NCBI GenBank assembly: GCA_026399025.1
Contig: JAPLRU010000090.1
Location: forward strand, 46,881 to 110,880
DNA: 64,000 nucleotides
From: Methylobacter sp.
Lineage (GTDB): Bacteria > Pseudomonadota > Gammaproteobacteria > Methylococcales > Methylomonadaceae
Direction of reading: 5' to 3'
Within the stretch, counting starts at the first letter, position 1; each line of letters opens with the position of its first letter. A model generated the notes under the pieces. That model saw only the letters and a list, made by a program, of their open reading frames with translations. It ran no database searches and was not told the DNA's origin. This document shows positions 49,387-58,747 of the stretch, piece by piece. The position numbers and the translations under genes are program-made.

Positions 49387-49398
49387 GTGTTACTCGGC

Positions 49399-50304
49399 TT
49401 ATTGATTGCACATCGGAAATCCCAACGATTCCCTACGTTGGTAATAAACCTCAGCAACCGATTTAGCCAGATTCCTAACTCGTAACAAATAGCGTTGCCG
49501 CTCGGTAACCGAAATAGCATGACGCGCGTCCAGTAGGTTAAACGCATGAGAGGCTTTCAGCACCATCTCATAAGCCGGTAACGGCAAATTCAACTCGATC
49601 AGCTTGGTGCATTCGCGCTCATAAGTCTCGAAACACTGAAACATGAACTCGACATTGGCGTGTTCGAAGTTATAAGCGGACATTTCCACTTCGTTTTGAT
49701 GAAACACGTCGCCGTAAGTCACTGTGCCGAACGGGCCGTTAGTCCACACCAAGTCGTAAACGCTTTTAACGCCCTGCAAATACATCGCGATACGTTCCAG
49801 GCCGTAAGTGATTTCGCCGGTGATCGGCCTGCACTCAAGCCCGCCGACTTGCTGGAAATAAGTAAACTGGGTCACTTCCATGCCGTTCAGCCAGACTTCC
49901 CAGCCCAAGCCCCAGGCACCTAAGGTCGGCGATTCCCAATTGTCTTCGACAAAGCGCACATCGTGTTCAAGTAAATCCAAACCCAAATGGCGCAACGAAC
50001 CCAGATATAAGTCCTGGATATTGTCCGGCGACGGCTTTAACACGACTTGATATTGGTAGTAATGCTGCAAGCGGTTGGGGTTTTCGCCGAAGCGGCCGTC
50101 GGTCGGTCGGCGCGACGGTTGTACATAGGCGGTATTCCAAGGCTCGGGGCCGATGGCGCGTAAAAAGGTGGCGGGATGGAAAGTTCCCGCGCCCACTTCC
50201 TGATCCAAGGGTTGCAATAAAATGCAGCCTTGAGCTGACCAGTATTCCTGTAAGGCCAGGATGAGTCCTTGAAAAGTAGATAAGTCGTTGTTTATGCTGG
50301 ACAC
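49399..50304 (-). CDS. glyQ: Glycine--tRNA ligase alpha subunit
   Basis: [46 protein letters not shown]... is highly conserved GlyQ sequence. 301 aa. Confidence 0.97.
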   Translation of the reverse strand: MSSINNDLSTFQGLILALQEYWSAQGCILLQPLDQEVGAGTFHPATFLRAIGPEPWNTAYVQPSRRPTDGRFGENPNRLQHYYQYQVVLKPSPDNIQDLYLGSLRHLGLDLLEHDVRFVEDNWESPTLGAWGLGWEVWLNGMEVTQFTYFQQVGGLECRPITGEITYGLERIAMYLQGVKSVYDLVWTNGPFGTVTYGDVFHQNEVEMSAYNFEHANVEFMFQCFETYERECTKLIELNLPLPAYEMVLKASHAFNLLDARHAISVTERQRYLLRVRNLAKSVAEVYYQRRESLGFPMCNQ

Positions 50305-50561
50305 GGTTTAATGCTCTTGGGCAATAAAAAGTCGGGGATTATAACTGATAAACCGGTATCAGGCATATCGTTAGTTGGCCGCGCACAAGTACAGCTGATT
50401 TCGCCTGATGACTTATCTATCCAAAACGAAATTGTTTATACTCGAACGTCATCAAAGCCGGAAACGGCGCTTTACACCGTTATCGGGATTTTGATGACTA
50501 TCCGAACAAGGGTTTACTTAACGTTAAATGGCGTACTTTTTTTAATAAAAGGAGAATCGAC

Positions 50562-51017
50562 ATGAACGATCAAGAAAAACAACGGGCTGTAGATATTCTT
50601 AATCTTATTATGGAGCTTGAATTGGCGGGCGTTGTGCGCTACACGCATTACTCGCTGATGGTTTACGGTTATAACCGCATTCCTATTGTTTCGTGGCTTA
50701 AGAGCAATGCCGATGAAAGTTTGATTCATGCCCATAAAGCCGGTGAGTTGGTTACTTTATTGGGTGGGCATCCGTCGCTTAAAATCGGCCCTTTATTGGA
50801 AACGGCTAAACATGATATCGGCGATATTCTAAGAGAAAGCCTGGAACATGAGAAAACCGCGATAGCCGCTTATTTTGAATTGCTGAAAGTTTCGGAGGGC
50901 GTTTCAGTGCTGTTGGAAGAATACGCGCGAGAGATGATTGCCGGAGAAGAGCTGCATCTTGATGAAGTGAATAAAATGCTGCGAAAACCGGGCGATGTAC
51001 AGCCGTTTAGTTCGTAA
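50562..51017 (+). CDS. Bacterioferritin-family (ferritin-like) protein
   Basis: 151 aa four-helix-bundle pattern with the ferroxidase-type ligands E..Y...E..H (ELELAGVVRY; ADESLIHAHK; LEHEKTAI; AGEELHLD). Confidence 0.78.
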   Translation: MNDQEKQRAVDILNLIMELELAGVVRYTHYSLMVYGYNRIPIVSWLKSNADESLIHAHKAGELVTLLGGHPSLKIGPLLETAKHDIGDILRESLEHEKTAIAAYFELLKVSEGVSVLLEEYAREMIAGEELHLDEVNKMLRKPGDVQPFSS

Positions 51018-51035
51018 GGCTGATCGTAAAAAGAA

Positions 51036-51151
51036 TTCACCACGAAGGCACGAAGAGCACGAAGTTTTATAAGCTTCGTGCTCTCGGCAACTGCTCCATG
51101 CGTTGCTCTACCTCCTGTATCCATACAAGTCGTTCGTGTCTTCGTGGTGAA
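51036..51151. repeat. Hairpin repeat (TTCACCACGAAG family) carrying a ~50-bp internal insertion
   Basis: ttcaccacgaaggcacgaagagcacgaag ... cttcgtgctc [tcggcaactgctccatgcgttgctctacctcctgtatccatacaagtcgt] tcgtgtcttcgtggtgaa. The same insert occurs in the copy at 63593-63730. Confidence 0.65.
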
Positions 51152-51181
51152 GCTTTTAATAAATGCGTCGATTGTCGGGAA

Positions 51182-53830
51182 TCAATCAAGCCCCTGATCC
51201 TGCAACAGCTTAACAAACGCGTCCGCCGGCACCGGCGGGCTTTTGATATAGCCTTGATAGGTGTCGCATCTTTTTTCCCGCAAGAACGCCAGTTGTTCCG
51301 GCGTTTCCACGCCTTCGGCCAGCACTTTAAAGCCCAGAATATGCCCCATAGCGATAATCGTCGCGGCAATTTCCATATCGTCCCGCAAGTGAGGAATGTC
51401 ATCGATAAAGCTTTTGTCGATTTTCAGCACATCCAACGGAAAGTGCTTTAGATAAGCCAATGACGAAAAACCGGTGCCAAAGTCGTCAATGGCTAGACGA
51501 ATGCCCTGCGCACGCAGTTTGTTCAAAAGTTCCATGACATGATCCTGGTTTTCCATCAGTCCGCTTTCGGTCATTTCCAGTTCCAGATACTCGGCCGGAA
51601 ATCCGGTTTCGTGCAGCACGGTAGCCACTAAGCTGCTGATATCGCCGCGGCGGAATTGCTGAGGGGAGACGTTGACCGCCAAGGTGAGCGGCATTAGCCC
51701 TGCATCCAACCAACGACGGCCTTGTCGACAGGTTTCCCGCAACACCCATTCGCCGATTTCCAAAATCAGCCCGGTTTCTTCCGCGATCGGGATAAAGCGG
51801 AGTGGCGGAATCAAGCCTTCCTGCGGATCTTGCCAGCGCACCAAAGCCTCGGCGCCAACGATGCGGCCGTCGGCAATATCCACCTGCGGCTGGTAGAACA
51901 CCCGTAGTTCGCCTTGTTCAATCGCCCGCCGCAGCCGCGTTTCCAACGCGATGCGCTCGCGGGCTGCGATGGTTTGGTCTTCGGAAAAATAAGCATAGCA
52001 GCCGCGTCCTTGATCCTTGGCCTGATACAAAGCGGCATCGGCGTGATCCATCAGCATTTCATAGCTGGCCCCGTGTTCGGGATACAGGCTGATGCCGATG
52101 CTGGCGCCGATTTGGACGTCGTTGCTTTGACTGAGCTGAAAAGGTTTGCTTAACACCAGGATAATGTCTTCAGCCACCCGTGCGGCATCTTCAGGATGGG
52201 CAATATCTTCCAGCAAGACCACAAATTCATCGCCGCCCAGACGTGCGACCATGTCGACGTCGCGCAGCCTTGCCAGAATGCGGGCCGCGACTTGTTGCAG
52301 CAATTCGTCGCCGGCGGCATGGCCCAAACTGTCGTTGACCGCTTTAAAGCGATCCAGGTCAAGCATCAGTAATGCCAGTCGATTGCCTTCACGGCGTTCC
52401 ACTTCGATGCTGTGTTTCAAGCGCTCCAACAACAAACGGCGGTTGGGCAACTTGGTCAGCGGATCATAAAAGGCCAATTGCTTGATTTCTTCTTCGGCGG
52501 CTTTGCGGGAAGTGATGTCGGAGAAGGACGCTACATAGTGATTGACTTGTTCGTTCGGGTCGTCGGATTCTTTCACCGCGGTGATAATCAGCCATTCCGG
52601 ATAAATCTCGCCGTTCTTGCGCCGGTTCCATATTTCACCTTGCCAGGCGTTGTGGCTATTGATGCTCTCCCACATGGCGCTGTAAAAAGATTTGTCGTGT
52701 AGCCCGGAACTGAGCAAATTAGGGGTTTTACCGATGACTTCCTGAGCGCTGTAACCGGTGATTCGGGTAAAGGCCCGGTTGACTTTGAGGATGACATTAT
52801 CGGCATCGGTGACCAGCATGGCGTCCTGCAACTCAAAGGCGGTGGCGGCGATATGCAGGTCCACTTCATCCTGCTTTTGCTTGGTGATGTCGGTGATGAA
52901 GCCGTGCCAAAGCACCGAACCGTCGGCCTGCCGCTGCGGCAGCGCATTGCCGAACAGCCAACACACCGGAGCATCGTCGAACTTTAAGCGATATTCCTGC
53001 CGCCAGGGCGTTAAGTGTTGCGCCGAGACTTTAAAGGACGTTTTGAACCGCTCCAGGTCATCCGGGTGCAAGGCCGCGAGTACTTTGCCAGCGTCTTCGC
53101 TGACTTCTTCCGGACTGACTCGGTAGATAGTTTGAATGGCTTCATTAGCGTAAGGGATGCGCGAACTGCCGTCGGGAAACAATTGAAACTGGAACACCAG
53201 CCCCGGCACCTGGCTGGCGATTTTCTGAAGCCGATCCAGGGCCTCCTGGCTGGATTGCTCGGCTTTTTGGCGTTCAATGACCTCTTTTGCCAGTTGCATA
53301 GTGCGTGAAGACAAGGCTTCGAACATCGACAGCATGGTTTCGATCAGCACCTTCATCGCGCCGCTCATTTCCTGATCGGCTTGCTCCTTTGCTTGGATTA
53401 ACGGTATGCCGGATTGCACCGCCAGCACGACCTTGGCCATGCGCATATCGGTATCCAGAATATGAAAGGCCAACCATTGGGTTAGGAAGGTGAGAATTTC
53501 TTCAATGACTTGATCCAAGGGCCTGAGGGTTTTTCCCCCCATAATCCTGTTTACAGTGGTCAAAAATCGCCGATGATCGTTTTTATGTTTGGTTTCCCAA
53601 GTATCTTCAGGAAAGTAGGCATGCCAAATAGCTTCTTCTTCCTGAAAATGGTAAATGGCGTATTCCGCCAAGTCGTTGAAAACATTATTCAAGGTGGGTA
53701 CGTCGGACTGATAGGCCAAATGACCGGCCAGTACATTTAACAACTCAACCAAGCGCTGATGCTGTACATCAATTTGAGGCACTCCGGTCTCGAAATTTTT
53801 ATTCCAAGGAAAAACTTCAACTGAATACAT
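51182..53830 (-). CDS. Bacteriohemerythrin-PAS-PAS-GGDEF-EAL c-di-GMP turnover protein
   Basis: N-terminus FPWNKNFETGVPQIDVQHQRLVELLN (hemerythrin-like). PAS regions. GGDEF (RLGGDEFVVLL) and EAL (EALVRW...DDFGTG) motifs are both intact. Start at MYSVEVF (53830). Confidence 0.88.
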   Translation of the reverse strand: MYSVEVFPWNKNFETGVPQIDVQHQRLVELLNVLAGHLAYQSDVPTLNNVFNDLAEYAIYHFQEEEAIWHAYFPEDTWETKHKNDHRRFLTTVNRIMGGKTLRPLDQVIEEILTFLTQWLAFHILDTDMRMAKVVLAVQSGIPLIQAKEQADQEMSGAMKVLIETMLSMFEALSSRTMQLAKEVIERQKAEQSSQEALDRLQKIASQVPGLVFQFQLFPDGSSRIPYANEAIQTIYRVSPEEVSEDAGKVLAALHPDDLERFKTSFKVSAQHLTPWRQEYRLKFDDAPVCWLFGNALPQRQADGSVLWHGFITDITKQKQDEVDLHIAATAFELQDAMLVTDADNVILKVNRAFTRITGYSAQEVIGKTPNLLSSGLHDKSFYSAMWESINSHNAWQGEIWNRRKNGEIYPEWLIITAVKESDDPNEQVNHYVASFSDITSRKAAEEEIKQLAFYDPLTKLPNRRLLLERLKHSIEVERREGNRLALLMLDLDRFKAVNDSLGHAAGDELLQQVAARILARLRDVDMVARLGGDEFVVLLEDIAHPEDAARVAEDIILVLSKPFQLSQSNDVQIGASIGISLYPEHGASYEMLMDHADAALYQAKDQGRGCYAYFSEDQTIAARERIALETRLRRAIEQGELRVFYQPQVDIADGRIVGAEALVRWQDPQEGLIPPLRFIPIAEETGLILEIGEWVLRETCRQGRRWLDAGLMPLTLAVNVSPQQFRRGDISSLVATVLHETGFPAEYLELEMTESGLMENQDHVMELLNKLRAQGIRLAIDDFGTGFSSLAYLKHFPLDVLKIDKSFIDDIPHLRDDMEIAATIIAMGHILGFKVLAEGVETPEQLAFLREKRCDTYQGYIKSPPVPADAFVKLLQDQGLD

Positions 53831-54091
53831 AATGCTCTCGCCCAACCTAGAGGCTTGGTTGGATTTTAGGGGGAAATTAAGATGACACGATTATATAGGT
53901 TTTAACGGATGCGGTTTTATAAAAGCTGATTTTTGCCGCGGCCCTTTAAACTAAAGGCGCATGTGCATTGCCGTTATCGCTTTGTTTTCTGATGCGTTTG
54001 CGTTTAGTGATAAAATGCACAAACCAAAACGTAATCTTACTTTTTTAGCCGAACATTATTCCTTGTCACTTAACAGCAGAAATTCACAATC

Positions 54092-54439
54092 ATGAGTACC
54101 TCTCCACTCGATGTAGCGCCTTCTGAGGACATCTTTTCTTCGACTTTTTTAATGGGCAATGTCGGCGCACCGTTTGTTATCGGCTTGGCGGTCGGTTATT
54201 TCGCCAAAAAAATGTTGCGCACAGCCTTGTTTCTGGGGGGAGCGGCGATCACCCTGCTGTTTGTTGCGGAATATTACGACATTATCGATATCACCGATGA
54301 AAAGCTGCAACACGCCGCCACGGCCGCTACCGAAGCCGCAAAAAGCTCCGGCGGGTTTTTGGTGGATCGCTTGACCGGCATTACCAGCAAAGGCGCCAGC
54401 GGCGTCGGCGGTTTTTTTGTCGGCTTTAAACTAGGCTAG
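54092..54439 (+). CDS. FUN14-family small membrane protein
   Basis: 115 aa with Gly-rich TM segments (GAPFVIGLAVGYFAKK...GGAAITLLFV) resembling the FUN14 family. Confidence 0.6.
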   Translation: MSTSPLDVAPSEDIFSSTFLMGNVGAPFVIGLAVGYFAKKMLRTALFLGGAAITLLFVAEYYDIIDITDEKLQHAATAATEAAKSSGGFLVDRLTGITSKGASGVGGFFVGFKLG

Positions 54440-54468
54440 TTTCAACGGCTACACTTCTATTTATCAAC

Positions 54469-54822
54469 ATGATCACACCCACCACCCTGTTTAAATGTTT
54501 GTCCGATGAAACCCGTTTGCGTTGCGTGGTTTTGCTGCATAAACAAGGCAAACTCTGCGTTTGCGAATTAACCCATGCGCTGGATTTATTACAACCCAAA
54601 ATATCGCGCCACCTTGCGCAACTGCGCCATAGCAAGCTGCTGCTGGACAGCCGCGAAGGGCAATGGGTGTATTACCAAATTAATCCCGAGTTACCGGCGT
54701 GGGTTTTTGACATTTTAGACGTTGCCGCCGACCAGTTCGCGACCCATGCCAAACAGCAAAATGACACGAGCCGTTTGCAGACCATAGGCGACCGTCCCGA
54801 CATGAACAAGCCTTGCGGCTGA
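54469..54822 (+). CDS. arsR: ArsR/SmtB-family metalloregulatory transcriptional repressor
   Basis: LSDETRLRCVVLL...LCVCELTHAL...SRHLAQLR (the CVC metal site in the HTH region). Precedes arsC-acr3. Confidence 0.85.
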   Translation: MITPTTLFKCLSDETRLRCVVLLHKQGKLCVCELTHALDLLQPKISRHLAQLRHSKLLLDSREGQWVYYQINPELPAWVFDILDVAADQFATHAKQQNDTSRLQTIGDRPDMNKPCG

Positions 54823-54834
54823 ATTTTTTTGCCC

Positions 54835-54858
54835 TATAATATTCGTTTATTCGAATAT
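54835..54858 (+). promoter_or_regulatory. Candidate -10 box overlapping a 7-bp inverted repeat (possible operator) upstream of arsC
   Basis: TATAAT at 54835-54840. ATATTCG (54839-54845) / CGAATAT (54852-54858) separated by 6 nt, in the 56-nt arsR-arsC spacer. Confidence 0.3.
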
Positions 54859-54878
54859 ATAAATGTAAGGGGCAAACC

Positions 54879-55358
54879 ATGTTAAACGTTTTGATTTTAT
54901 GTACCGGGAATTCTTGCCGCAGTGTGTTGGGCGAGGCGCTGATTAATCATCTGGGCGGCGACCGGTTTCGGGCTTTTTCGGCCGGCAGTCATCCGACCGG
55001 CACAGTAAACGCCAACGCGTTGGCGACATTAGCCCGTCACGGCCTCTCAACCGAGGGTTTTTCCAGTCAATCCTGGGATGAATTCGACGACAAAAACATC
55101 GATATTGCGATTACCGTTTGCGACAGCGCGGCCGGGGAAGTCTGCCCGGTTTACTTGAATAATACGGTTCGGGCGCATTGGGGCTTGCCCGACCCGGCGC
55201 ATGTCGACGGTAGCGCCGAAGTGATTGAAGCGGCTTTCGAAGCCACTTACGCGGCTCTGGAAAAACGCATACGGCAATTGTTGGCGCTGCCGGTTGAGAC
55301 GATGTCCAAGCCTGAATTGACTGAGGCGCTGAATAAAATCGGCGCGGAAACGTTATAA
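54879..55358 (+). CDS. arsC: Arsenate reductase, LMW-PTPase (thioredoxin-coupled) type
   Basis: [10 protein letters not shown]-loop (CX5R) plus the downstream Cys pair [11 protein letters not shown]. Confidence 0.9.
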   Translation: MLNVLILCTGNSCRSVLGEALINHLGGDRFRAFSAGSHPTGTVNANALATLARHGLSTEGFSSQSWDEFDDKNIDIAITVCDSAAGEVCPVYLNNTVRAHWGLPDPAHVDGSAEVIEAAFEATYAALEKRIRQLLALPVETMSKPELTEALNKIGAETL

Positions 55359-55368
55359 GGCAGCCGAC

Positions 55369-56424
55369 ATGACAAACCAAACTAACACCGTTAAACATTT
55401 GGGATTTGTAGAACGCTTCCTGACCCTATGGATATTTATCAGCATGGCGGGCGGTATCGCACTGGGCTATTTTATTCCCGGCGTCACCCAATGGCTGACC
55501 CGCTTTCAGGTCGGCACCACCTCCATGCCCATTGCCGTCGGTTTGATTCTGATGATGTACCCGCCGCTGGCTAAGGTTCGCTACGAGGAATTACCCGAGG
55601 TTTTTAAAAACACCAAGATTTTGCTGCTGTCTCTGGTCCAAAATTGGATCATCGGCCCGGTGTTGATGTTCGCGCTGGCTGTTATCTTTCTGCGGGATTA
55701 CCCGGAGTATATGGTGGGTCTGATTATCATCGGCTTGGCGCGCTGTATCGCTATGGTGCTGGTCTGGAACGAACTGGCCGACGGCGATAGCGAATATTGC
55801 GCGGGTCTGGTGGCTTTCAATTCGATCTTTCAAATGCTGTTTTTTTCGGTTTACGCCTATGTTTTCGTCACCGTTCTGCCCGCGTGGCTGGGTATCGCTT
55901 CCGGCCTTGAAGTTCAGGTGACTATGCTTCAAGTGGCTAAAAGTGTGCTGATTTACTTAGGCATTCCTTTTTTCGGCGGCATGTTCACGCGCTTTTTTTT
56001 GGTGCGGCGCAAAGGTGTGCAGTGGTATGAACAAGTCTTCGTGCCCAAAATCAGCCCCATCACTTTAATTGCGTTGCTGTTCACCATTTTGGTGATGTTT
56101 TCCCTGAAAGGCGAATACATCGTGCAATTGCCGATGGATGTGGTGCGTATCGCGGTACCGCTGGTGATCTACTTTCTGCTGATGTTCCTGGTTACCTTTT
56201 ATATGTCGGCCAAAGCCGGGGCGGGCTATCGGGTTAGCGCCACCTTGTCGTTTACCGCGGCCGGCAATAATTTCGAATTGGCTATTGCGGTAGCCGTCGC
56301 GGTTTTCGGATTGCAATCGGGACAGGCTTTTGCCGCCGTCATCGGCCCGCTGGTCGAAGTTCCGGTACTGATCGGCTTGGTGAAGGTGGCTTTTTATTTC
56401 AGGGAAAAATACTGGCGCGAGTAG
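55369..56424 (+). CDS. acr3: Arsenite efflux transporter ACR3
   Basis: 351 aa, about 10 TM segments. ACR3-like blocks ([51 protein letters not shown]). Confidence 0.9.
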   Translation: MTNQTNTVKHLGFVERFLTLWIFISMAGGIALGYFIPGVTQWLTRFQVGTTSMPIAVGLILMMYPPLAKVRYEELPEVFKNTKILLLSLVQNWIIGPVLMFALAVIFLRDYPEYMVGLIIIGLARCIAMVLVWNELADGDSEYCAGLVAFNSIFQMLFFSVYAYVFVTVLPAWLGIASGLEVQVTMLQVAKSVLIYLGIPFFGGMFTRFFLVRRKGVQWYEQVFVPKISPITLIALLFTILVMFSLKGEYIVQLPMDVVRIAVPLVIYFLLMFLVTFYMSAKAGAGYRVSATLSFTAAGNNFELAIAVAVAVFGLQSGQAFAAVIGPLVEVPVLIGLVKVAFYFREKYWRE

Positions 56425-56480
56425 TGTGGGAATCCCGGCATAGCGCAGTTATCAAACCGATTTGTCTAAAACCGGCAGGC

Positions 56481-56512
56481 AAAAAAAATGCGGCCGGTTA
56501 GGCCGCATTATA
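56481..56512 (-). terminator. Rho-independent terminator (minus strand) downstream of the PD-(D/E)XK-like gene
   Basis: On the minus strand: aatgcggcc-taacc-ggccgcatt followed by tttttttt. Confidence 0.6.
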
Positions 56513-56679
56513 GAGAAGGATATAAAACTCTGAATCCCGAGGAAGGAATTTGCATCTCAAGAGTTGCAGCTATATTAACGATAAACGGTAAACAAAGGAA
56601 TGTGACATATTGTCGCGCGTCAGAGTGTCGCAACGCCGGAACTCAGTAATGTTACTTAAACGGTAAAGCCTTGGCGTTG

Positions 56680-57270
56680 TTACCACGTTTTAGCTTTAAA
56701 TTTTAAATCGTTACGCAGCACTAATTGATCTCCGGTTTGGCCTATCACATATAAGCCCTGCCGATAGGCATATTGAGCGACATTGTCAGGAATAACCATG
56801 CCTGTTACGGCTCCCATAACGCGTTTGTTACTGTAGGCGGGCAATAAACGTTTCAGCTTTTCCAGGCGCTGCAAATGCTCGTTGATATCGTCAATGCTGA
56901 GTGTGCTTTTGCATTCGATAGCGATTATATCGGTGTCATTAACCACCAATAAGTCCACTTCAATGCCTTCGCCATGGCGCCTGGAGCTGACGTTCCGGTG
57001 TACCTCGTGGACGTCGATTCCGCGCTCTTGAAACAAGCGCACGGCGGCCGGATACACCATTTCCTCAATAAAGTCGCCGAGTTTATTGCTCAATCGGCCG
57101 ATGTTTTCGGTCACTTGCTTGATTTTTCTGTCGGTTTCCTGAAATTTCTTGTCGGTTGCTTGAAACTTCTTATCGGTTTCCTGAAACCTTCTATCCGTTT
57201 CCTGGAATTTTCTATCGGTCTCCTGAAAGAGTTTCCAAATATCTTCTAAGGTCGGTTGTGCGAGGCTCAT
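56680..57270 (-). CDS. PD-(D/E)XK nuclease-like protein with an N-terminal heptad tandem repeat (coiled coil)
   Basis: ATG at 57270 with GGAGAA 5 nt upstream. (K/R)FQETD(R/K) occurs five times. C-terminal GIEVDLLVVNDTDIIAIECK fits a D...ExK restriction-endonuclease-like motif. Confidence 0.6.
   Translation of the reverse strand: MSLAQPTLEDIWKLFQETDRKFQETDRRFQETDKKFQATDKKFQETDRKIKQVTENIGRLSNKLGDFIEEMVYPAAVRLFQERGIDVHEVHRNVSSRRHGEGIEVDLLVVNDTDIIAIECKSTLSIDDINEHLQRLEKLKRLLPAYSNKRVMGAVTGMVIPDNVAQYAYRQGLYVIGQTGDQLVLRNDLKFKAKTW
57127..57231. repeat. 21-bp tandem repeat x5 inside the PD-(D/E)XK-like gene
   Basis: tctgtcggtttcctgaaattt / cttgtcggttgcttgaaactt / cttatcggtttcctgaaacct / tctatccgtttcctggaattt / tctatcggtctcctgaaagag. 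Confidence 0.85.
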
Positions 57271-57523
57271 GGCGTTCTCCAAAGTGTTGGCGCTATTTTA
57301 AAACAAACGCCGGGCTTTTGAGGGATAAAATCCTTATTTCTTTAGCGAGGCATCGGCGGTTTGTCGGCTGAATTCGGCATTATCACCGCGCGACCGGATC
57401 GGTCTCCGCTATTGTTAAGCGTTACTTTACTTCATAATTTTTTGCAGACAATTGGCCGTGCGCCTGTCAAAATTCAATAATGTTTTCATCCACCGACTCG
57501 TCCCTAGCCGATCCCTACCTGCC

Positions 57524-58747
57524 ATGAAACTGCAACACGTCGATCTACATAACGCTATTACCGCATTAAGTTGCGCGCTGGATTTAGTCGGCGTCGACGA
57601 AGTCAGGCACGGTAAACGGGTAGCCGTCATGGCTCGGACTATTGCCCTGCACCTGAACTGGCCGGAACTTGAGTGCCGCTCCATCCTTTACTCCGGCATG
57701 TTGCACGATTGCGGGGTGTCCAGAATTCATGAACACCGCCAACTCACCGAAACGCTGGAATGGGACGGCGCCGAAGAGCACTGTATACGCGGCGCCGATT
57801 ATTTGTCAGCCTGTTCGCCGGTTGCGCATTTAGCCCTCGAAGTTCGCTATCACCATAGTCGTTGGGAAAAATTGCCGGCGTTGCCGATAGATCATCGCGT
57901 TCGCTTGCGCGCCAATCTGCTGTTTCTGGCGGACCGAATCGACGTGCTGCAAGCGCCTTTCCTGAACAATGGCTTGATCCTTATCGAGTATCCGGCAATC
58001 ATCAATCGCATCAAAACGCTGTCAGGCACATTGTTCGCCCCGGAACTGGTCGATGCTTTTACCGAAGTCGCCAATGTCGAAGCTTTTTGGCTGGCGATGG
58101 AGCCCGAATACCTGGATGAAGATTTACATCTGATCGGTAGCCATATTCCGGCGGTTCTGCTCGATATTGCTGCGCTCAAAGAATTGGCGCGGCTGTTTTC
58201 GCGCGTGGTGGACGCCAAATCCCCGTATACCGACGAGCATTCGCAACGGGTCGCGCATATCGCCCGGCAATTGGCCGTCGATTTCGGTGTTGAAGGTCAT
58301 GAACTGGAGCAGGTTGAAATCGCCGGGCTATTGCACGACATCGGCAAATTGCGGGTATCCGAGGATATTATCGACAAGCCGGGTAGTCTGACGCCGGAGG
58401 AACGGGCCACGATGCACCGCCACAGTTACGATACCTTCCGCATTCTGCAACGGGTGTTCGACGATTCAAAGATTCCGGTATGGGCCGGGTTCCATCATGA
58501 GACCTTGCTCGGCGACGGTTATCCTTTTAGAACCGAAAAAAAAGAACTGGACCTGGAATGCCGTATCATCAGCGTTGCCGATATTTTTCAGGCTTTAGCC
58601 CAAGAAAGGCCTTATCGTCATACCATGAGTCTTGAGTATATTCTCAACGACTTAAAAGCTCGCGTTGCCAGCGGTCGGCTCGATGCGGAAGTGGTGGCTA
58701 AGTTGATCGATAACGCCGAAGTGTATTACCGGCTTGCGGTCGCGTAA
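57524..58747 (+). CDS. HD-GYP domain protein (c-di-GMP phosphodiesterase family) with a second, degenerate N-terminal HD domain
   Basis: C-terminal HDIGKLRV...HHETLLGDGYPF (HD and GYP motifs). N-terminal HDCGV...RYHHSRWE. ATG at 57524 preferred over the TTG at 57452. Confidence 0.85.
   Translation: MKLQHVDLHNAITALSCALDLVGVDEVRHGKRVAVMARTIALHLNWPELECRSILYSGMLHDCGVSRIHEHRQLTETLEWDGAEEHCIRGADYLSACSPVAHLALEVRYHHSRWEKLPALPIDHRVRLRANLLFLADRIDVLQAPFLNNGLILIEYPAIINRIKTLSGTLFAPELVDAFTEVANVEAFWLAMEPEYLDEDLHLIGSHIPAVLLDIAALKELARLFSRVVDAKSPYTDEHSQRVAHIARQLAVDFGVEGHELEQVEIAGLLHDIGKLRVSEDIIDKPGSLTPEERATMHRHSYDTFRILQRVFDDSKIPVWAGFHHETLLGDGYPFRTEKKELDLECRIISVADIFQALAQERPYRHTMSLEYILNDLKARVASGRLDAEVVAKLIDNAEVYYRLAVA

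Noticed and set aside
50311-50565. 84-aa ORF upstream of the bacterioferritin-like gene
   Set aside because: It lies in the divergent glyQ/bfr promoter region, has no RBS or recognisable features, and its stop overlaps the bfr-like start. It is likely non-coding.
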